From: Candidatus Heimdallarchaeota archaeon
GTDB taxonomy: Archaea > Asgardarchaeota > Heimdallarchaeia > Heimdallarchaeales > Kariarchaeaceae
Direction: 5' to 3'
DNA length: 27,319 nt
Assembly: GCA_015523565.1 (NCBI GenBank)
Contig: WAKA01000015.1
Coordinates: 1 to 27,319, forward strand
Shown: in pieces, positions 8,079 to 16,328 of the stretch
Position numbering within the stretch: position 1 is the stretch's first letter
Layout: each line of letters starts with the position of its first letter
The notes under the pieces: model-generated
Database searches by the model: none
What the model saw: only the letters and a program-made list of their open reading frames with translations
Told to the model about the DNA's origin: nothing
Position numbers and translations under genes: made by a program

Positions 8079-9440
8079 ATGACTGTCTATTATTTTTCTT
8101 ATGGGGTGAACATGTCGCAAAAAATGATCGAGGCACGAAATTTGAACTTTAAGCTGATTGGGAAAGGGAAACTGGAAGACTATGCAATTACCTTCCATCG
8201 ATATTCCGCTGAATGGAATGGACTGACAGCCACATTGGAAAGGAAAGACGGTCATCACACATGGGGTGTGATCTTCGAAACTGATGAGGAAAGTATGGAT
8301 AGGCTGGATATGTTTGAAGGGCTTGAAAAAGAAGAAACAGAACGTATTAGCCTCCCCGTGTTAACAACAAAGAATGAAACGGTCATATGTGAAACTTACA
8401 TTCGTAAACATGGAACACTCCCTGATGTAGGCAATTTTTCTCTCAATTACTTAAACCTACTTCTCGAAAGCTACAAAGAGCATCACATCCCGATTGAACA
8501 ATTTGACCTGATCGAATCCAAACTGAAAAGGACATTTGTTGTAGATCGAACAAAGAGGAGAAAACGAACATTCACCCGTGGCAAATACCTGATCCAAATT
8601 GATGGGGAAAGTCTCAATGAAATTGGTTTTGATGATGGCGAGGATGTTGTTGTCGCATATCGAACAAATTATGCGCCTGCCCGTATCCAAAAAGTAGATA
8701 CGGGAATTGTCGAACCTGGCATCTGTAGGCTTGACAAGTCAATACGAAATGTCTTGGGACTTGATGAGAAAACCCTGCAACGTGCAACAGTGACAATCTA
8801 TCCCATTAAATCCCAATATATCTCTGATTATACAACTGGGGAGAAAGTGCTGAAATGGGTCCTGGCACTATTGTCATTGATCTTTTTCGCATGGATACCC
8901 TACCTGTATATCAAAAAGTCGATTTACCCACGGACATTTCTGCTGAAAGTACAAAAACTTGAATCTGACATTATCGAGAAAAACATAGCTATCGTTCCAA
9001 AACAATACCTAAAATTGATTGGCATTGAGGAAGGAAAATTCATAGACATCATTGTGCCTATTTATGTTGACGATTCGTTTTTGCTGAAATATCTAACTAT
9101 CAGGGCATTCAGTGACGAAAACATTGAGGCTTCTCCTGAATTGAAATCGCAAAAAATTTATCTTGACGAAACTACACGATCCCTTATTGGACTCCCTGAA
9201 CTGTTGACTAATGAAACGTTTCCTTTTTCACAGATCTCACCAAACCTCAATTCTCTGCTTACTGAACGGGGAATAATTTACCTTGCAACCATCCTCTTCC
9301 TTGTAGGCAGATTCCAAACACTGCTTCTCAACTTCGGAAGCTCCAACTCTATTCTTGATTTTTGGATTGCTGTCGTCTTTTCCATCTGGTTTATTGGATT
9401 TGTTGTATATTTTGAGTTGAAAAACAAGATAAGATATTGA
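8079..9440 (+). CDS. Gamma-glutamylcyclotransferase (GGCT/AIG2-like) domain fused to two double-psi beta-barrel-like domains and TM helices
   Basis: YFSYGVNM, TWGVIFE and LDMFEG (catalytic Glu position) mark GGCT. Two CDC48_N-like segments follow, with hydrophobic helices at about aa 263-284, 404-423 and 433-451 (numbered from 8061). Start is ATG 8079 or TTG 8061. Confidence 0.8.
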   Translation: MTVYYFSYGVNMSQKMIEARNLNFKLIGKGKLEDYAITFHRYSAEWNGLTATLERKDGHHTWGVIFETDEESMDRLDMFEGLEKEETERISLPVLTTKNETVICETYIRKHGTLPDVGNFSLNYLNLLLESYKEHHIPIEQFDLIESKLKRTFVVDRTKRRKRTFTRGKYLIQIDGESLNEIGFDDGEDVVVAYRTNYAPARIQKVDTGIVEPGICRLDKSIRNVLGLDEKTLQRATVTIYPIKSQYISDYTTGEKVLKWVLALLSLIFFAWIPYLYIKKSIYPRTFLLKVQKLESDIIEKNIAIVPKQYLKLIGIEEGKFIDIIVPIYVDDSFLLKYLTIRAFSDENIEASPELKSQKIYLDETTRSLIGLPELLTNETFPFSQISPNLNSLLTERGIIYLATILFLVGRFQTLLLNFGSSNSILDFWIAVVFSIWFIGFVVYFELKNKIRY

Positions 9441-9496
9441 ACAAAAAATGGTGCAATGAGAAGAATGTTCAATAAGTCCAAGCCAAATGAACGGTT

Positions 9497-10354
9497 ATGC
9501 GTGAAATCAAAAAAATATTGGTTCTAGGCTTAGGGACAATGGGTAATGGAATAGCACATGTTGCCGCACAGGGCGGATATGAAGTGTCTGCCTATGATGT
9601 CAAGCAGGAATTTCTTGACAGGGGTGTAGCTACAATCCGCAAGAACCTTAGCAGGGGACTGAAAAAAGGAAGAATCACTGAAGAGGAAATCGAGACTATT
9701 ATGTCCAGAATTTCAACCTCTACAGACTTGGAAAAAGCCGCAGAAGGTGCAGATTTCGTTATTGAAGCCGTTTATGAGGATTTGGAGACAAAAGTGAATC
9801 TTTTCCAGCAACTCAACAAGATCATGCCTGATGATGTTGTATTTGCATCAAACACCTCTTCCATTTCCATCTCTCTTTTAAGCGGTAGTTCAGGAAGACC
9901 AGAAAAATTCATTGGAATGCACTTCTTCAACCCTGTCCCAGTCATGAAATTGGTCGAAATCATTCGTGGAATACTTACCTCTGATGAAACCTATGAAGTG
10001 ACCCGAACAATAGCAGAAAAAATGGGCAAGGAAACAATTGTAGCCAAGGACAATCCTGGATTTGTTGTCAATCGAATATTGGTTCCAATGCTTAATGAGG
10101 CTGTTTTTGCATACTCTGAAGGGTTGGCATCCGCTGAAGACATTGACAAGGGAATGGTTCTTGGAACAAACATGCCTATTGGACCACTTGCATTGTTGGA
10201 TCTTATTGGATTGGACACTGCATTAATGGTCTCTGACGAATTCTACAAACAATTCCAAGACAGCAAATACCGTGTTCCCCCACTATTGAGGCAGATGGTT
10301 GCCTCTGGTCTTCTAGGGAGGAAATCTGGCCGAGGCTTCTATAAATATGACTAA
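9497..10354 (+). CDS. hbd: 3-hydroxybutyryl-CoA/3-hydroxyacyl-CoA dehydrogenase
   Basis: GLGTMGNGIA Rossmann motif, IEAVYE, ASNTSS, GMHFFNPVPVMKLVE, PGFVVNR, PIGPLALLDLIGLD and GRKSGRGFY. Confidence 0.95.
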   Translation: MREIKKILVLGLGTMGNGIAHVAAQGGYEVSAYDVKQEFLDRGVATIRKNLSRGLKKGRITEEEIETIMSRISTSTDLEKAAEGADFVIEAVYEDLETKVNLFQQLNKIMPDDVVFASNTSSISISLLSGSSGRPEKFIGMHFFNPVPVMKLVEIIRGILTSDETYEVTRTIAEKMGKETIVAKDNPGFVVNRILVPMLNEAVFAYSEGLASAEDIDKGMVLGTNMPIGPLALLDLIGLDTALMVSDEFYKQFQDSKYRVPPLLRQMVASGLLGRKSGRGFYKYD

Positions 10355-10387
10355 TCAATAAATATGACTAGGCTTCTATAAATATGA
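10333..10387 (+). repeat. Local direct duplication of the hbd 3' end
   Basis: AGGCTTCTATAAATATGA occurs at 10333-10350 and 10370-10387. ATAAATATGACTA occurs at 10341-10353 and 10358-10370. Confidence 0.85.
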
Positions 10388-10462
10388 ATAAGACAATTAC
10401 CAATCATTAAACTTAACCTATTTTACAACTTTTTATTTTTCTTCAACATGCTTTCTTGCTGT

Positions 10463-10864
10463 CTATTTGTCCTTCAATCCCAATGATGTGGTTGCTGTAG
10501 GTCCTATTGTCAGGGGTAAAATGAAAAAGAATTGGTTTGCAAGTTGTTCACCGTTTAAAGTAATTGATCCCTGATCTATCAGGACAGCCACAACAAACCC
10601 GATCATTGCCCCAACATTGCATGAAATCCATGCAACCAAGAACTTGATGGACAAAAAGCCAAAAGGTTTCTCTTCAGTGCGTGAGGCTCCAAACCATGTT
10701 CCTACACAGATCAAAAACCAAAACAATGCATTCAGTAGCGATTGAATCTGCGCAGGTGTCAATCCTCCCAGTTTCGAAATATTCAAGCTCTGGAAAATCA
10801 ATGCAGACAAAACAGTGCCCAAAGCCGCAGTCACCATTGTTATGACATAGAGAATAAAACTCAT
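10463..10864 (-). CDS. Hypothetical 4-TM membrane protein
   Basis: Four hydrophobic segments. The probable start is ATG 10864 (MSFILY); the ORF track extends to TTG 10906. Confidence 0.72.
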   Translation of the reverse strand: MSFILYVITMVTAALGTVLSALIFQSLNISKLGGLTPAQIQSLLNALFWFLICVGTWFGASRTEEKPFGFLSIKFLVAWISCNVGAMIGFVVAVLIDQGSITLNGEQLANQFFFILPLTIGPTATTSLGLKDK

Positions 10865-10943
10865 ACTTCTACCTTTCAACAGTGCAAATAAACCTTTTTG
10901 GGGCAAAAGAACAGATTTCGCATTTTCTGAGAAAATATCAGTG

Positions 10944-10953
10944 TATATAAATA
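10944..10953 (+). promoter_or_regulatory. Candidate archaeal TATA box for ndk (may also serve the divergent gene)
   Basis: TATATAAATA lies about 30-40 bp upstream of the ndk ATG in a divergent intergenic region. Confidence 0.55.
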
Positions 10954-10983
10954 GGACTCATGATTATTGCATCATGATCCAAA

Positions 10984-11433
10984 ATGGAAAAAGAATTTGT
11001 CATGATAAAACCAGATGCAGTTCAAAGAGGACTTATCGGCACCCTGATCAACAGGCTCGAAAGGACTGGACTGAAAATAATTGCCATGAAATTCCTGCAT
11101 GTAACAACTGATCTTGCTGAAAAGCATTATGAAGTTCATAAAGGCAAACCATTCTATCCTGCACTAGTGGAATTCATCACTTCTGGACCTGCTGTAGCAA
11201 TGGTTATTGAAGGGCCAGATGCCGTGAAAATCACACGGAAAATTGTTGGAGCCACAAATCCTGCAGAAGCCGCCCCTGGTACCATCAGAGGAGACTTCGG
11301 CATCAATATCGGGAGAAATCTCATTCATGCTTCTGACAGTCCAGAAAACGCCAAAACAGAAATTGCCATCTATTTTTCAGATGATGAATTGGTCGATTGG
11401 ACTCCAACTATTGCCCCATGGTTCACTGAATAA
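10984..11433 (+). CDS. ndk: Nucleoside diphosphate kinase
   Basis: MIKPDAVQRGLIG, HYEVHKGKPFY, GATNP, PGTIRGDF and NLIHASDS (catalytic His). Confidence 0.98.
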   Translation: MEKEFVMIKPDAVQRGLIGTLINRLERTGLKIIAMKFLHVTTDLAEKHYEVHKGKPFYPALVEFITSGPAVAMVIEGPDAVKITRKIVGATNPAEAAPGTIRGDFGINIGRNLIHASDSPENAKTEIAIYFSDDELVDWTPTIAPWFTE

Positions 11434-11465
11434 ATCAAAAAACATTCTAATATCAAACAATAAGT

Positions 11466-12140
11466 TCAAATGAAATCTTCCAAACTATTCTGTGCATTTT
11501 CTTTCTCTATTTTTTTTGCTGTTTTCCACCTTTTGCGTGTGATTGGGGGAAATTCCCAATACTTCAGATAATATTCCTTCAGGAATTCCTTTGCATTTGC
11601 AGGATACCCCTTGCCAAATTTTGGAAGATTTGGGAATTCCTTTGAATATTTGTCTTGAAGTTGTCTCATTTGCCTGTCTCTCTCTGTTTTTGCTATAATG
11701 CTTGCCGCTGCAACGACAATATATTTGCTGTCCGCCTTGTGTTCTGATACAACAACAGGAATGTTGAACTCTGAAAAATGTTCTCCAAATCTTTCCGCCT
11801 TAACATCAGCCGCATCCAAATACAGTTCCGAAATCCTTTTTGAATATTTCCTGATTAATTTTTTGAACATCAGCACTTCAATTTCATTCAACGTATGGTC
11901 TTCCATTAGTTCATTAATCTCTTTGGCTGAAACAACTAACGTGTCTGCAATTTCTGCAATTTCCATTATTGAATTCGCCAAATTCTCCCTTTTCTTTTCT
12001 GAAAGGGCTTTACTGTCATCAACTCCCAATTCCTTAAGAATCTCGATTTCCTGTTTTGTGCATGCCACTAAACCAATCACCAAGGGTCCAAGCACAGGCC
12101 CCCTGCCTGCCTCATCCATACCTGCAATCAAATTTCTCAA
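11466..12140 (-). CDS. rnhB: Ribonuclease HII, archaeal type with C-terminal PIP box
   Basis: GMDEAGRGPVLGPLV, DDSKAL, LDAAD, HKADSKY, VAAASIIAK and GKGYP. The C-terminal QNSLEDFI matches the QxxLxxFF-type PCNA-binding motif. Confidence 0.96.
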   Translation of the reverse strand: MRNLIAGMDEAGRGPVLGPLVIGLVACTKQEIEILKELGVDDSKALSEKKRENLANSIMEIAEIADTLVVSAKEINELMEDHTLNEIEVLMFKKLIRKYSKRISELYLDAADVKAERFGEHFSEFNIPVVVSEHKADSKYIVVAAASIIAKTERDRQMRQLQDKYSKEFPNLPKFGKGYPANAKEFLKEYYLKYWEFPPITRKRWKTAKKIEKENAQNSLEDFI

Positions 12141-12298
12141 TGTTTTTGCCTCTTATCTATCTAATTTAATACAGCCTATTATGACATGCAAAAAATTTAA
12201 CTTGTTTGTCTTGTTGAATTTGATTTTGATTGGAATAAAACAAACCTATCTGTTTACCCTTATGCCAACCTATTTGAAAAGAGACCTGATAAGAACCC

Positions 12299-13405
12299 AT
12301 GGAAACATTTGAGGTGGCTCTCCTTCATTCAGATGGCTCTGTTGAAATTAACACAATGCCAAAACCAGAATTGGAAAAAGGCGGTATATTGATTAAAACA
12401 TTGTATTCTGAAGTTTGTGGAACTGATGTACACTTGCAACATGGACGGCTTGCTGGCGTGCCGTATCCAATTATTCCCGGTCATGTGTCAACAGGTGAGA
12501 TTGCGGAAATCAATGGTGATGTCGATGATATTGATGGGATTTCCCTTCAAGTTGGTGACATTGTGACATTCCTTGATGTGCATGAAACCTGTAATAACTG
12601 CTGGTACTGTCTTGTGGCAAAAGAGACAACACGATGTCCAAAAAGAAAAGTCTATGGTATTACTTACTCTGCAAGGGATGGTCCCCTCGGTGGCTGGAGT
12701 CAATATATCTATCTAAAACCTGGAGTCAAGATAATTAGATTGCCTTCCAAAACATTTGCTAGAAAATTCATTTCTGGTGGGTGCGGATTACCTACCGCTA
12801 TCCATGCTATACAAAGGGCAAATATCCAATTGGGTGAAACTGTGGTTGTACAGGGTTCTGGACCCGTCGGATTGATGGCCGCTATCTTGGCAAAGAAAAG
12901 TGGATCATTCAATGTCATTCTTATTGGAGGCCCAAAACACAGGCTAGACATTGCACACAAGTTTGGAATTGAAACCACAATCAATATCGAAGACTATGGT
13001 GTTTCTGATAGAATTGAAAGGATTATGGAATTGACACACAATAGGGGTGCAGATAAAGTTATCGAAGCAACAGGTGTCCCTTCTGCTGTTAAGGAAGGAC
13101 TAGAGATGGTTCGTGATGGCGGTACTTACGTAATTGTCGGTCAATATACTGATGCGGGAAATGTCACACTCAATCCACACAATCATATCAATAAGAAACA
13201 TGTCACAATCAAAGGGTCTTGGGGCTCTGATTTCTCCCATTTTTATCTTGCAGTTAATTTTGTCAAACATTTTGAAAATCTCCCTTGGGAGCAAATCATT
13301 TCAAAGGACTATCCGTTGAATGAAATGAGTCAAGCACTGGATGATCTTTCGAATTATCGGATCATGAAGGCAGTGGTCAATCCCAACAAAGAGTCAGATG
13401 AATGA
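12299..13405 (+). CDS. Zinc-dependent medium-chain dehydrogenase (alcohol/polyol dehydrogenase family)
   Basis: Catalytic Zn motifs CGTDVH and PGHVSTG, structural Zn motif CNNCWYC-x7-C, and nucleotide-binding GSGPVG. Confidence 0.92.
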   Translation: METFEVALLHSDGSVEINTMPKPELEKGGILIKTLYSEVCGTDVHLQHGRLAGVPYPIIPGHVSTGEIAEINGDVDDIDGISLQVGDIVTFLDVHETCNNCWYCLVAKETTRCPKRKVYGITYSARDGPLGGWSQYIYLKPGVKIIRLPSKTFARKFISGGCGLPTAIHAIQRANIQLGETVVVQGSGPVGLMAAILAKKSGSFNVILIGGPKHRLDIAHKFGIETTINIEDYGVSDRIERIMELTHNRGADKVIEATGVPSAVKEGLEMVRDGGTYVIVGQYTDAGNVTLNPHNHINKKHVTIKGSWGSDFSHFYLAVNFVKHFENLPWEQIISKDYPLNEMSQALDDLSNYRIMKAVVNPNKESDE

Positions 13406-13485
13406 ACTTTGAAAAAACCCCTTAGTGTCTGATATTCTTGATAACATTTGGCATACGATTTCTGGTTGTGGCTTTCTTAGGTTAT

Positions 13486-14337
13486 CTATCCTTTTTTGCT
13501 GAAGAGATAATCCAGAATTGAATTCCATACGTATCCATCGTCCCTTTCCTTATTCTCAAAGTTTTCTGTATGCAACCACTGAATAAAGGCAGGCTTGATC
13601 TCATCCACCGAATTCAATGGGGATTTTACAAAGCCTATCTCATGCAATTTCCTTCCAATTTTGTAATAGAGCTCATCTGTAAGCTTTGTAATGTCTTTTG
13701 GATCCTCTCGCTCCAAAAGGGTCAGGGAATACAGTTCAAACACTCTTCTCAATTCTGCTGTGGCATTTGGATGGTCATCAACTCTGACGTCTATGTAAAC
13801 ATCGCTTCCGCCTCCATATCCCGCATTTTCCTTAAGAACTTTGATTGCCGCTGATTGCTGTCCCCGTTTGTCACCCCCTGCTTTTTGCCCTGCTTCCAAT
13901 GCCCTCATCAATTTCTCTGCAAGATCCTTGCCTGTCGAAAGAAAGGCATCCAACATTTTTGAGACAACTTCTTCCCCTGCCAATATATTCCCTTGAACCA
14001 CAACACCATCCGCGGTCACCCCTCCTGCCCATGGATAGCATTCTGAACCGGTAAAGGAAACTGCATTGCCCTTCAGGTCTACAATACCTACCTGTCTATG
14101 CTCTTTCATGTCATCCTTTTCCAACAGAATTCTTAATGCTTGATTTGCATCGGCACCCGCCTTGAGCAATTTCAATCCTGTTCTCCCATATTCAAGATTC
14201 GCCCAAGCCTGTGTTGCAATTGCTCCTGCCTTGATATCCAACCAAGGTACAACTGCCCCAACGGCTGGAAATTTACTTTGTACTGCAATCCCTATCTCAT
14301 TGGTCTCCAAATCAATTGCTACAATGGAGAATGTCAC
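13486..14337 (-). CDS. DUF1028-family Ntn-hydrolase-superfamily protein
   Basis: N-terminal TFSIVA (Thr exposed after Met removal), GAIATQA, RQVGIVD, QGNILAG, AGGDKRGQQSAA and DVRVDDH. Confidence 0.9.
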   Translation of the reverse strand: MTFSIVAIDLETNEIGIAVQSKFPAVGAVVPWLDIKAGAIATQAWANLEYGRTGLKLLKAGADANQALRILLEKDDMKEHRQVGIVDLKGNAVSFTGSECYPWAGGVTADGVVVQGNILAGEEVVSKMLDAFLSTGKDLAEKLMRALEAGQKAGGDKRGQQSAAIKVLKENAGYGGGSDVYIDVRVDDHPNATAELRRVFELYSLTLLEREDPKDITKLTDELYYKIGRKLHEIGFVKSPLNSVDEIKPAFIQWLHTENFENKERDDGYVWNSILDYLFSKKG

Positions 14338-14379
14338 AAACTTATTCCAATCTCTTTATTTTTGAACTTGTTGAAATCC

Positions 14380-15003
14380 CTAGCATGTCTCCAATAGATC
14401 TTCATAACTTCGCTTGAACACTTGGGCTTGAAATTTGAATATCCTTGTGTTATCAGCCATGATCAAATCAAAAGGCATGCCTGCTTTTTGTGCAAGGGCA
14501 TATACAAAGTCTTTTGCATCCCATCCATATTTTGTGGGAACGACTGGAAGCAATAATCCTGAATACGGCGGCGATTCAACCATTAACCCGTCCTTCCCCA
14601 CTTCAATCTGCTCTAATAGATTTTCCAAACTGTCATATTCAATCCTTTGCATTTCTGACAAGATTTCCAGCTCAATGGTCATTTCATCCAGTTCTTCTTC
14701 CTTGACTGGCAAAAATCTCGGATCATTCATCAAGGATGCATGGGTGGCATGTGCAATTGCAATTCCCAAAGGATAGACCGCTCTGGGAAGACCTATGCAT
14801 CCTCTGAGGTTCTCGTTCCCTTCCGAATCCCTCAGGTAAAGTGTGACAAACACTCCCCTTTTCTCCTTAAAGTCATCGGGAAGTTTGTCCAAATCTGGTT
14901 CATATCTGCTTTTGTCACTTATGTACTGATCAATGGCTTTCTTGATGATACAAAAGGCGACTTGCTCATTTTCCTTTGAAATAACAAGGTATTGTTGAGA
15001 CAT
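14380..15003 (-). CDS. AMMECR1-domain protein (AmmeMemoRadiSam protein A-like)
   Basis: RGVFVTL, LRGCIG, DPRFLPV, GKDGL, GLLLPVVP and QKAGM. The start is placed at ATG 15003. Confidence 0.92.
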   Translation of the reverse strand: MSQQYLVISKENEQVAFCIIKKAIDQYISDKSRYEPDLDKLPDDFKEKRGVFVTLYLRDSEGNENLRGCIGLPRAVYPLGIAIAHATHASLMNDPRFLPVKEEELDEMTIELEILSEMQRIEYDSLENLLEQIEVGKDGLMVESPPYSGLLLPVVPTKYGWDAKDFVYALAQKAGMPFDLIMADNTRIFKFQAQVFKRSYEDLLETC

Positions 15004-15110
15004 CGTATAATATTTGAAACTGTACAATAAATACCCTGTGAATGGGGAATTTTGACATAGTTATCTTTTCCTCCTAAAAATTTTAATTCAATAAATGGGC
15101 ATTATACATA

Positions 15111-16274
15111 ATGGATTTTTCCATAGTTGATATGCCACTGCAAAAGGTCAAGGAAATCGCTTCCATTCCAAAATTGAATGAGTTTATCTACGGTTGGAAA
15201 CCTCTAAACCTTATTTTGCATTATATTTCCCATCCCCATGATTGGCAATATCAAGGTGCCATATTTTGGCTTCTGCTCACAGAAAACAAAGCGTACTATG
15301 TTACGACGCTACTAAGGAAATTCAAGATGAATCAATTGCCTACCAGTTTATTGGAATTCCTTTTTGACAAATGGAAAGATAAGAAAACAACAGAGGTTGA
15401 ATTCATTTTTGACAATATCGTCCGCCTTTGTTCAATTTCCAAACAACATCCTCATTATATGAGATTTCAACAGCTATTAAAACAAATTGTCAACTGGAAA
15501 ATCAAAAATTCCACATTATGGTCTTTGGATCCTTCTGTTCGAAAAATCAGGGATTTCAACATTATTCTGGATCTTGTTTCAACACATCGTGTACCGCTTT
15601 GGGATTTTGATTACCTGTTCAGTGAGGAAGAATTGGCTCTGCTCCTTCTGGTCGCACCTCAATCGCAGATTCCACATATAAGGCAGAAAATCGCCCGTTT
15701 AAGATATCGGATTGAAGATCATTATTATTGCGAGAATTATGACAACCTGAAACGGATGAAAAAAAATGAATTGCTTTACCTGTGTCGGCGGTATAGGTTG
15801 AAACGATATAGCCATCTCAACAAATTAGGGATTATGCATCTCCTTTTGACAAACATTCCCTCAAAACCTGGTGATCCCAAACCAGTTGAATATAAAATTT
15901 ATTGGCTTGAGGATCATGACTTTTTTGAGAATCTCAAGGCACTCAAAAAAATGTCAAGACGTACTTTAATTCTCCTTTGCCATAAGTATTGGATAAGGCT
16001 TGGTTATTTCTTGAGCAATTGGGACCTCATAAAGTTGCTATTGGATCGTGGCTATTCAACAGACAGTAAAAACCAACCAATTTGGCAAACTTACTGGCTT
16101 GAAGATCACACCCTTGAAGAAAATTATGATAATATGGCTCAAATGACTCGGAGTTCGCTTATCAAAATTGGAAAGAAATATGGAATTACAGGTCTCACAA
16201 AATTAAGAAAAAATGTTATTATCCTCAAGATTTTGGATAGATTCACTAGAGGTGAATATTCCTTGTATGATTAA
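15111..16274 (+). CDS. Hypothetical basic protein with three ~65-aa repeats containing Rho_N/HEH-like helical motifs
   Basis: Repeats begin YRIEDH (aa 199), YWLEDH (264) and YWLEDH (328). Each is followed by an M-x4-L-x3-(C/G)-xxY-x(L/I)-x5-L-x-K/N-type helix-extension-helix pattern. Confidence 0.75.
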   Translation: MDFSIVDMPLQKVKEIASIPKLNEFIYGWKPLNLILHYISHPHDWQYQGAIFWLLLTENKAYYVTTLLRKFKMNQLPTSLLEFLFDKWKDKKTTEVEFIFDNIVRLCSISKQHPHYMRFQQLLKQIVNWKIKNSTLWSLDPSVRKIRDFNIILDLVSTHRVPLWDFDYLFSEEELALLLLVAPQSQIPHIRQKIARLRYRIEDHYYCENYDNLKRMKKNELLYLCRRYRLKRYSHLNKLGIMHLLLTNIPSKPGDPKPVEYKIYWLEDHDFFENLKALKKMSRRTLILLCHKYWIRLGYFLSNWDLIKLLLDRGYSTDSKNQPIWQTYWLEDHTLEENYDNMAQMTRSSLIKIGKKYGITGLTKLRKNVIILKILDRFTRGEYSLYD

Positions 16275-16328
16275 TTTTCCCCATTCTTTGTTGAGAAGGC
16301 TTAAATTTTTCATTGGAATTGCAAACAT

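Noticed and set aside
7980-8258. 93-aa N-terminal extension of the URO-D-like ORF
   Set aside because: It overlaps the clearly coding GGCT domain on the opposite strand. URO-D similarity starts near ATG 7979.
11698-12312. 204-aa plus-strand ORF
   Set aside because: It is an antisense shadow of rnhB with Ser/Ile/Phe-biased composition.
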